From assembly GCA_025059535.1 (NCBI GenBank), contig JANXCX010000024.1, positions 23,425-87,424 of the forward strand: a stretch of 64,000 nt of DNA. Reading direction: 5' to 3'. The position numbers were made by a program, and so were the translations under genes. This DNA comes from Bacteroidia bacterium (GTDB taxonomy: Bacteria > Bacteroidota > Bacteroidia > SpSt-205). Positions 57,477 through 64,000 of this stretch are shown here, piece by piece. How positions within the stretch are numbered: the first letter of the stretch is position 1; every line of letters starts with the position of its first letter. The notes beneath the pieces were generated by a model. It ran no database searches. It was given only the letters and a program-made list of their open reading frames with translations, and had not been told where the DNA came from.

Positions 57477-57872
57477 ATGACCCTTCATCTCTCCCCTACC
57501 CTTCACACGCCAGAAGTCATAGCCACTTTAACGCCCCTGCGAATCGTCCTTAGAGGCATATGCTTCCCAAATGATAGCTCAAGTTTTTTTGAAAATATTC
57601 AAAAATTCATTGAAGATTCTGCGCCTACCTTGAAAGGAAGTACTTTAGAAATTCACTTAGAGCTTGAATACATAAATTCATCCAGCCAGCGTGAGCTTTT
57701 CAATCTCATCCGCGGCCTCGTGAATCATAAGATAAATGTGCGCCTTATATGCTACGAAGGACAAGAGGAAGAATTTGATGATCTTAGGCATTTACTCATG
57801 GCGCTTGAGGGTTTATCGGGCGTAGAAATAGAGAGGCGGGCGGGGTACTATCAGGCCGATTCATCGGCTTAG
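57477..57872 (+). CDS. SiaC-like (DUF1987) partner-switch-type regulatory protein
   Basis: 131 aa. TPEV...LRIVLRGICFPNDSSSFFENI...LEIHLELEYINSSSQRELFNLI...VNVRLICYEGQEEEFDD parallels the SiaC/DUF1987 pattern (TPEV, PEN loop, YxNTSS, WYY-D/E). GC is about 44% against about 58% locally. It lies 36 bp downstream of the macro-domain gene. Confidence 0.5.
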   Translation: MTLHLSPTLHTPEVIATLTPLRIVLRGICFPNDSSSFFENIQKFIEDSAPTLKGSTLEIHLELEYINSSSQRELFNLIRGLVNHKINVRLICYEGQEEEFDDLRHLLMALEGLSGVEIERRAGYYQADSSA

Positions 57873-59141
57873 GAAGCGCCGCCAGGTAAAAGCCAGCGAA
57901 GGCCGCCCCTTATAGAGCCACCCTATTCCTTGGCCTTCCCAGGTGACCCAAGCTACTTCGGCGGCGAGGGGAAAGGTCTGGCCGCGCAGATAGGCGGGAA
58001 AAGTTTCGGGCGTGAGGGAAATTTGAGGAAAATGGGTATAGGCAACCCCACTGAGGAGGGCAGCGGCGTGGGCAGGCCGATGGTAACGCCAAAGAGGGAA
58101 AGCCTCCCAAGTTTCTTTTTCCCAGCCAGGTAGGACAAGCTGCGCGGCCGCCTCGGTCAGGGCATAAAGCGTATCTCCTCGTGCTACCGCTCGGAGAGGT
58201 AAGGGCACCCAATTGGGCAGCCTTTGCCAAGGAAGCGCGCCATACCGAAGCTTAGGGGTGCCCTCCCGCTGCCAGACTGAAAGGAAAAAGCCCTCTCCTG
58301 GCCCCCGATGGGGAAAGAAGTAATAGCCCTTGCCACCAGCCCCATAGGAGACTTCCTGAACAGCCTTTGGGGGGTTGGACCACCCTACTGGGATCCAGCC
58401 TTTCGCTTGAGCGAATACGGCCGTGAGATTCTCTTCGTTTTCCTCTGGGGCGAAAGTACAGGTGGCGTAGATAAGCCGGCCGCCTGGCGCTACAAGGGCC
58501 TGCGCCGCATAAAGCAAGTTACGCTGGAGGCGACATAACTGGCGTATTTGGCTAGGATGCCACTGGGTTATAGCCGCAGGGTGGCGGCGCCAGAGTCCTT
58601 CGCCCGAACAGGGCGCATCCAGTACCACTACATCAAAACTTTCGGGATAGCGCTGGGCCCAATACTGCGGGTGCCGGCCGGTTACAAAGTAGGCGGGAAT
58701 CCCCCAGCGGGCTAAATTTTCCGCAAGGGCCAAGCGGCGTGCGGGATGGGGGTCGTTAGCTATGAGGAGGCCGCCCTGAAAGCCGAGTTCGCCCAGGAGA
58801 AGGGTAGCCTTACCCCCAGGGGCCGCACTAAGGTCTATAACCCGAAGGGGGCGCCGTTCTGGCAGAAATACGGCTAGGCTCATGCCAGAGGCTTCCTGCA
58901 CATAATAGGCCCCTGCATGCCAAAAGGGCTCGTTAGCAAAGTTTAGGCGACTGGGTAAAATGCGACCGAGCGGGTGCCAGGGCACCCGCGGAGCATCTGG
59001 GTAAAGGTCAGCCCCTTTTTGAGGGTGGAGGCGGATAACCGTCTGGGGCGGCTGACCTAAAGCGGCTACAAAAGCCTCCCACTCGGGGCCTAGCCGCCGC
59101 CGCATCCGCTCTACAAAAGCCTCTGGCAAGCTTAGCGCCAT
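57861..59141 (-). CDS. rRNA (cytosine-C5) methyltransferase, RsmB/RsmF (NOL1/NOP2/Sun) family
   Basis: VIDLSAAPGGKAT SAM motif. DVVVLDAPCSGEG and ATCTFAPEENE carry the two catalytic Cys residues. Confidence 0.85.
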   Translation of the reverse strand: MALSLPEAFVERMRRRLGPEWEAFVAALGQPPQTVIRLHPQKGADLYPDAPRVPWHPLGRILPSRLNFANEPFWHAGAYYVQEASGMSLAVFLPERRPLRVIDLSAAPGGKATLLLGELGFQGGLLIANDPHPARRLALAENLARWGIPAYFVTGRHPQYWAQRYPESFDVVVLDAPCSGEGLWRRHPAAITQWHPSQIRQLCRLQRNLLYAAQALVAPGGRLIYATCTFAPEENEENLTAVFAQAKGWIPVGWSNPPKAVQEVSYGAGGKGYYFFPHRGPGEGFFLSVWQREGTPKLRYGALPWQRLPNWVPLPLRAVARGDTLYALTEAAAQLVLPGWEKETWEAFPLWRYHRPAHAAALLSGVAYTHFPQISLTPETFPAYLRGQTFPLAAEVAWVTWEGQGIGWLYKGRPSLAFTWRRFLSR

Positions 59142-60544
59142 GAAAAACTTTGATACACGCGCCGCCCCTCGGCATCTATGCCCTCTATCTGAAGCCGCCC
59201 CCTTATTCCCAAGAGGATCTCCTCCAGTTCCTGGGGTGATTTGGGGGTGTAGCCGTTTATGCTGAGAAGGATAAATCCTTCGCTAAGACCTAATCGGCTC
59301 AGGAGACCGCCGCCGCGCAGATTTTGCAGGCGGAAGCCGCCCTTTACGCCCAGCTCTTCCTGCTCCCGCTGGCCTAAAGGCACGATATCTGCCCCAAGCT
59401 TTTCCGAGTGATATAGGCGCTTTCGCAGCAATACAGGCTCCCCTTCTTCGTTATTGAGGGTGGCTACCGTTTCGTAGAGGCGCCCGCCACGCTTATAGAG
59501 GATCTTAACCTTATCCCCAGGGCGATGCTGAGCGAGCCGCTCTAGGAGCTCGGCTTGGGTCTGCACGATCTGGCCTTCTACTGCGATGATGCGGTCTCCT
59601 ACCCGCAAGCCGGCTTTAGCGCCAGCGCCTCCGGGTCGTACCCGCCCTACATACACCCCTTCCAAATCCGCCTGGGCGCCTTCGCGCTCCTCCGCTAAAT
59701 CAGCTACCTCTACATCTAAAAAGGCCCGCTGCACTAAACCATACTGACGCAGGTCCTCCACTACCTTGCGTACGATATTCACTGGAATAGCAAATCCATA
59801 CCCTACATAGGAACCTGTGCGCGAGGCGATGGCGGTATTGATGCCTACTAACCGTCCCTTTAAGTCCACTAAGGCCCCGCCGCTGTTGCCCGGATTGATA
59901 GCCGCGTCGGTCTGAAGGAAAGATTCTATCTGATAGGGCCCTTGGAGGAGGTTGAGGTTACGGCCACGTGCGCTGATGATGCCCGCCGTAACCGTATAGG
60001 TGAGATTATAAGGGTTACCAATGGCTAATACCCATTCTCCAATCTGAACCGAATCCGAATTAGCCAAAGGAAGGGGGGTAAGGTTAGAGGCGGGCACCTT
60101 CAAAAGGGCAATATCTACCCCTACATCGGCTCCGATCACTTCGGCTCGGAGGGTGCGTTTATCCGAAAAGGTGACCCGAATCTCTGACGCATCCCGAATA
60201 ACGTGGAAGTTGGTAACGATATACCCATCGGCGCTCCATACTACGCCCGAGCCGGCGCTGAAAACGCGTTCAGTGCGGGGTAGCCACCAGCCCCACGTCC
60301 AGAAATCATCTTCTACGGTCCTTTCGCCGTACCCTCGGATAAAAACGACTGAGGGCAGAGCTTTGCGCGCCGCTTCCACAAAGCCCGCACCGCCCTTAGT
60401 ATCTTCCCATCGCACCGAACGCAAAGGAATAAATACGGGTTGGGCAGGTGAAGCAGCCCGCTTTTGCAAAAGCCAATAGGCCAGTCCCCCTCCTACGCCC
60501 CCTGCCACGAGGGCCACAAGTAGGAGAGGTACATACCGACGCAT
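59132..60544 (-). CDS. Periplasmic serine endoprotease DegP/HtrA family (trypsin-like, two PDZ domains)
   Basis: Catalytic triad context TNFHVI, DIALLKV and GNSGGAL, then two PDZ-like regions. N-terminal signal anchor. Confidence 0.9.
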   Translation of the reverse strand: MRRYVPLLLVALVAGGVGGGLAYWLLQKRAASPAQPVFIPLRSVRWEDTKGGAGFVEAARKALPSVVFIRGYGERTVEDDFWTWGWWLPRTERVFSAGSGVVWSADGYIVTNFHVIRDASEIRVTFSDKRTLRAEVIGADVGVDIALLKVPASNLTPLPLANSDSVQIGEWVLAIGNPYNLTYTVTAGIISARGRNLNLLQGPYQIESFLQTDAAINPGNSGGALVDLKGRLVGINTAIASRTGSYVGYGFAIPVNIVRKVVEDLRQYGLVQRAFLDVEVADLAEEREGAQADLEGVYVGRVRPGGAGAKAGLRVGDRIIAVEGQIVQTQAELLERLAQHRPGDKVKILYKRGGRLYETVATLNNEEGEPVLLRKRLYHSEKLGADIVPLGQREQEELGVKGGFRLQNLRGGGLLSRLGLSEGFILLSINGYTPKSPQELEEILLGIRGRLQIEGIDAEGRRVYQSFSWR

Positions 60545-60561
60545 CTAGCAAATTTACGGCC

Positions 60562-62895
60562 TTATTCCTCTTGTACGGGGAGCTCACGCGCGGCTTTACG
60601 CCGGGTAGGTGTAGCGGGGGAGGGGCTAGGAGGGGTAGCGCGTGAAGCTAAGCGGCCCCGAAAACGTGGCTGTTGTGTCGTGCCGCCGACATAAATGGCC
60701 AATCGCAAACGATCCCCTTCGGTTTCCTCTACAAGGTCTTTTACCCGCGCCATGCTTTTATCTAAGAGTACGCGCGGCACTTCTACAAGCAAGTCGTAGG
60801 CGATTTCACCACGCAGCGTATGGGCACCTGCTATGCGCATGCGCCAGCGATTAGCCTGAAGCCAAGTGGTATCCAGCCGCACCACCCCCTCCGCCAGAGA
60901 CAGGCGCGCCGTAACATCACCAACCACGATTCGGCGAAAGTCGGTCAGGGGCACTAAAGCGAAAAGTTCGTAGGTATAAGGGCTTTCTACGACCACAAAG
61001 TTTTCCAGCCTGAGGGCCAGCTGGGCGCGGGCGCTGCTCCAGCGCGGCGCACCTCGGTGTAAGGGGATGAAGGCCTCCAATTCACCCGAAACACGCCCTT
61101 GTAGATGGGGCAAAAGCGGAAAGAGGGTATCCAGCTCCGGTAGCTCGGCGTGAAGCGCTTCAAGCTGAAGGCCTTGAAAAAGGCCGGCAATTTCCCAGCT
61201 TTCTGGGTGATAGGCCCCTCGGCCTTGGAGACTACCCCGCCCCAGCCCTTGAAGGCTAAACCGGGGAAAGCGCCAGCCCAAAGAGTCCTTCTCCGCTACA
61301 ATCTCCGCTGGACCATAAAAGTTTTGGCGCCAACGCAAGGTATCCACGGTAAGGTGGAGACGCCCCTGTAAAGGAGGCAAAGGTGCAGGGCTCTCTGAAG
61401 TCGGCGCCGGCGCTAAAAAGGCCTCCAACGGCAAAAAAGGGCAGTGAATCCGCCCCTCTACTTCTACCGGCCCTCGGTAAGTAGAGTCTTGAAAGGCTAG
61501 GTAAGGGCACAGGGACAGATGGGCTACATTTAGGGTAAGGTCGGCATAGCGTATCGTCGCCTCCCGCACGAAAAGGCACTCAGGCGATAGGCTGAAGTAG
61601 CCTTTGGCTACATAGAGCCGAGGAAGATAAGCGTCGGTAAGGATACCCTGACCCTGAACTTGCCACCTACCCTCAGTATAGGTACAGTGGAGCGTGGCCT
61701 GAAGCCGCCCTGCTATACTGTCCGCATAGGGTACCGACCAGACACGCAGGGCTTCTAGGCGCACACTTCCTTGGAGGGTAGCTTGGCCTTGGGTTTTGGC
61801 AAAGGTATAGACCCCCTGAGCCCTCAGCGTATCCCCGATCCCACCAATGAGCCAAAGGCTATCTATCTCCAACCTACTGAAGGCTGGATAGTCAAAGTCC
61901 CACTTTATTCCCCCGCTTACATAAAGCTGCTCAATGTTATAGCCCCTTGTAGAGAAGCTTTTTGTAAGTAAGGCATTGCCTTTGAGCTTAAGGCGGGGCA
62001 GTCTGCCGCGTCCGGCCAAACCCACAATCTCGCCCGCTACAGTTAGCTTGAGCGGCATATCTTGAAGTTCAGGTGGCTGCTGGGGCCACCAGGTGCGCAT
62101 TTCGTCCCAGTCCAGCGCTACCTCTCGTAAGCGCAGCGAAACGCGCGGTGGATCGGCTTCTATCTGAATGCCGCCTTCTAAGTCGGCTTTTAGGCCCCCT
62201 ACTCGGCCTTCAAGCCTTTGGGTGAGTAGCCATCCCCCCTCATATACTAAGGGTCCGCGTAGGGTGAAGGGCTTTTGAGTTAGCCAAAGAGTACCTCTGT
62301 AGGAAAAGCTTTGGACTTCACCTACCACCTGCCCTATAACTTCCCACTGGCCAGCCCGATAGGCCCAGTGAGCTTCCATCGCCTTTACCCGGAGTTGCGC
62401 TTGGACGCGCAGGGCTTTGTCCTCATAAATAAGCCGCCCCCCCCTTACCTCAAGCCGCTCCAGCACCCACGAGGTCTCAGCCGAATCCTTAGTGGAATTA
62501 AACAGCCTACTCCAGGGGGTACGGCCATACCTATCGTACCGAATCCATAGGGTAGGCGCTTCCAAACGAAGGGCCCAAATGCGATATTTTTCTTCAATCA
62601 GGGCTTCCCAAAAGTTTAGGTAGAGAAAGGCGCGCGCCGCAACAAAAAGGCTCTCGCCTCGGGCGGTGCATAGAGAAAGGTCAATGACCTCTAAGGCCAA
62701 ATAGGGCAAGGTACGCAGCCCACTAAGGCGAATCTCCTGAAAGGTTAGCTCTGCGGAAAACTGGCGCCGGAGCTCAGCTTTAGCCCATTCAAGGAGCCGC
62801 GCGCGATTGAAGTAAATAAACCCTACCAATATGGCTATGCCTCCTAAAATTCCTAAAGCCAATCCGCTTAGAATTTGGAGAAACTTTTTGATCAT
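60562..62895 (-). CDS. AsmA-family protein (TamB-like outer-membrane biogenesis / lipid transport family)
   Basis: N-terminal TM anchor MIKKFLQILSGLALGILGGIAILVGFIYF, then about 750 aa of repetitive beta-rich sequence typical of AsmA-like proteins. Confidence 0.55.
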   Translation of the reverse strand: MIKKFLQILSGLALGILGGIAILVGFIYFNRARLLEWAKAELRRQFSAELTFQEIRLSGLRTLPYLALEVIDLSLCTARGESLFVAARAFLYLNFWEALIEEKYRIWALRLEAPTLWIRYDRYGRTPWSRLFNSTKDSAETSWVLERLEVRGGRLIYEDKALRVQAQLRVKAMEAHWAYRAGQWEVIGQVVGEVQSFSYRGTLWLTQKPFTLRGPLVYEGGWLLTQRLEGRVGGLKADLEGGIQIEADPPRVSLRLREVALDWDEMRTWWPQQPPELQDMPLKLTVAGEIVGLAGRGRLPRLKLKGNALLTKSFSTRGYNIEQLYVSGGIKWDFDYPAFSRLEIDSLWLIGGIGDTLRAQGVYTFAKTQGQATLQGSVRLEALRVWSVPYADSIAGRLQATLHCTYTEGRWQVQGQGILTDAYLPRLYVAKGYFSLSPECLFVREATIRYADLTLNVAHLSLCPYLAFQDSTYRGPVEVEGRIHCPFLPLEAFLAPAPTSESPAPLPPLQGRLHLTVDTLRWRQNFYGPAEIVAEKDSLGWRFPRFSLQGLGRGSLQGRGAYHPESWEIAGLFQGLQLEALHAELPELDTLFPLLPHLQGRVSGELEAFIPLHRGAPRWSSARAQLALRLENFVVVESPYTYELFALVPLTDFRRIVVGDVTARLSLAEGVVRLDTTWLQANRWRMRIAGAHTLRGEIAYDLLVEVPRVLLDKSMARVKDLVEETEGDRLRLAIYVGGTTQQPRFRGRLASRATPPSPSPATPTRRKAARELPVQEE

Positions 62896-64000
62896 TTAGG
62901 TAGGGTATGGCGCGCGTTCCAGGCCTCCCCTGTAAGGCAGACGCCCTGAGGCGTTAGGGTCTCCACAGAGTCGCGCGGGAGGTAGTGCTGAGCCACTAAG
63001 TAGTAAGCTATGGTGCGAAAATGCCCCGCCAAGGAAGGGAGCGCACACCCCGTAGTTTTATCTATAAAGTTCTGATAAGCATTGGGCATTGGCAGGATAA
63101 GCCCCAAAAAGATAGCCTCAGGCATCGTGAGATCACTAGGCGATTTATTGAAGTAAAACTGCGCCGCTTCGGTAAGGCCATAGATGTTGGGCCCCCATTC
63201 TACCATATTGAAGTAAAGCTCAGCGATTCGTTCCTTGGAGAGTAGACGAAAGCGCTCAATAATGGCCGTAAGGAGAATTTCTTCCAATTTCCGTGCAAGG
63301 GTCTTTTCTCGGCTAAGCAGAAGGTTGCGCACAAGTTGCATGGTGAGAGTGCCTGCGCCGCGGCGAAAGCACCGGCAGCGCCAATTCTCCACTAAAGCCT
63401 GTAAGAACCGTTCTTTCTGAAAGCCTTTGTGATAGAAAAAGAGTCCGTCTTCGCTGTGGAGAACGGCCTGAAGCGCATAGGGCGTAATCTCATGAAGGAG
63501 AAGGTATTTTGGATTTTCAGGGCCCAGCCATATCTGACGAAAGGAGCGCGGCGGCTCATATAGGAAGGATTCCCGCAGCGTAAGGGGATGGCGCCCCTGC
63601 CAGCTAAGGATAGCGAAATTTTTAGGCTGCCAATCTATCTGAAGGTCTAAAGTATCCGAACGGGTGGGATCATAATGCGCCTGTAGGGTAAAAGCCGAAG
63701 TGCCACCGAAGCGCGCTTGGCTAAGGCACGTAAAAAACCCTGTGGGAAAAAAGCGTACGAAACTATCATGCGGCTGTTCGGGTACTTGGAGGGTAAGATA
63801 GACGGCGGGGGTATCTGTGCGCCAGCGCAGGTGCAAGCCGAAATCCAAGGCCATATGACGCGGAGTCAGAGAAAGAGCGTTAGGTTCCAGTGTGAGAAAG
63901 AAGCCTGCGCGGTTGTAGTTTAGCGGCCGGCCCGCTAGGCGGAAATAATATCCCCTTAGGTTATGCCCTCCGGCTTGTAAAGTCAGAAGCTCCGCAGTGT
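62892..64000 (-). CDS. Peptidoglycan glycosyltransferase (GT51 transglycosylase) domain protein with an N-terminal extension; 5' partial
   Basis: GT51 motifs HSEDGLFFYHKGF, GAGTLTMQLVRNLL (GGSTITQQL-like), RKLEEILLTAIIERF and ELYFNMVEWGPNIYG. The frame is open past the track's Met at 63854 all the way to the window end. The stop overlaps the AsmA gene start by 4 bp. Confidence 0.7.
   Translation of the reverse strand, partial: TAELLTLQAGGHNLRGYYFRLAGRPLNYNRAGFFLTLEPNALSLTPRHMALDFGLHLRWRTDTPAVYLTLQVPEQPHDSFVRFFPTGFFTCLSQARFGGTSAFTLQAHYDPTRSDTLDLQIDWQPKNFAILSWQGRHPLTLRESFLYEPPRSFRQIWLGPENPKYLLLHEITPYALQAVLHSEDGLFFYHKGFQKERFLQALVENWRCRCFRRGAGTLTMQLVRNLLLSREKTLARKLEEILLTAIIERFRLLSKERIAELYFNMVEWGPNIYGLTEAAQFYFNKSPSDLTMPEAIFLGLILPMPNAYQNFIDKTTGCALPSLAGHFRTIAYYLVAQHYLPRDSVETLTPQGVCLTGEAWNARHTLPK

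Overview
This 64-kb window is chromosomal DNA with about 58% GC and is densely coding (about 60 genes with short or overlapping junctions); it looks like a Bacteroidota-type genome. Three secreted proteins end in type IX secretion (T9SS) C-terminal sorting domains, several genes carry lipoprotein signals of the loose Bacteroidota type, and TAnnTTTG -7 promoter motifs sit close upstream of start codons. Most genes are housekeeping: fumC, argS, mnmE, queA, gcvT, rpe, pcm, rfbB, rlmI, an rsmB/F-type methyltransferase, a CCA/poly(A) polymerase, a fused alpha/beta 2-oxoacid dehydrogenase E1, secG, a RidA homologue, an aldehyde dehydrogenase, an M1 peptidase, a site-2 protease, DegP/HtrA, mlaEF, ftsE, and a tRNA-Pro-like gene. 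I found no integrase, transposase, CRISPR array, phage genes or rRNA. The places that merit a second look are: (1) a macro-domain gene followed 36 bp later by a low-GC (about 44%) SiaC-like DUF1987 gene; (2) two stand-alone CheY-type receivers followed by a soluble GAF histidine kinase whose stop overlaps mlaE; (3) an endonuclease/exonuclease/phosphatase (EEP) hydrolase with a signal anchor directly upstream of a stand-alone Omp85/POTRA outer-membrane barrel, which could be a dedicated export pair; (4) a single gene fusing a Gfo/Idh/MocA oxidoreductase to a hexapeptide-repeat acetyltransferase (WbpB/WbpD-like), overlapping a DUF4139 gene; (5) a T9SS cargo gene split by a single-base frameshift in a T/A homopolymer; (6) an operon secG, E1, membrane-anchored heavy-metal-associated (HMA) protein with acidic tail, RNase H-like; (7) a 320-bp intergenic region with a perfect 14-bp palindrome and a 9-bp inverted repeat upstream of a YbjN-like orphan gene; (8) a tRNA-Pro-like gene whose anticodon reads AGG (A34) by canonical numbering; (9) an AsmA-family gene whose stop overlaps the start of a transglycosylase gene with an N-terminal extension that runs off the window. 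Coordinates follow the supplied ORF track. My own base counting disagreed with the track by 1 nt at both checks made between 10.3 and 11.2 kb (both resolved to the track); motif coordinates elsewhere have the same plus or minus 1 uncertainty.
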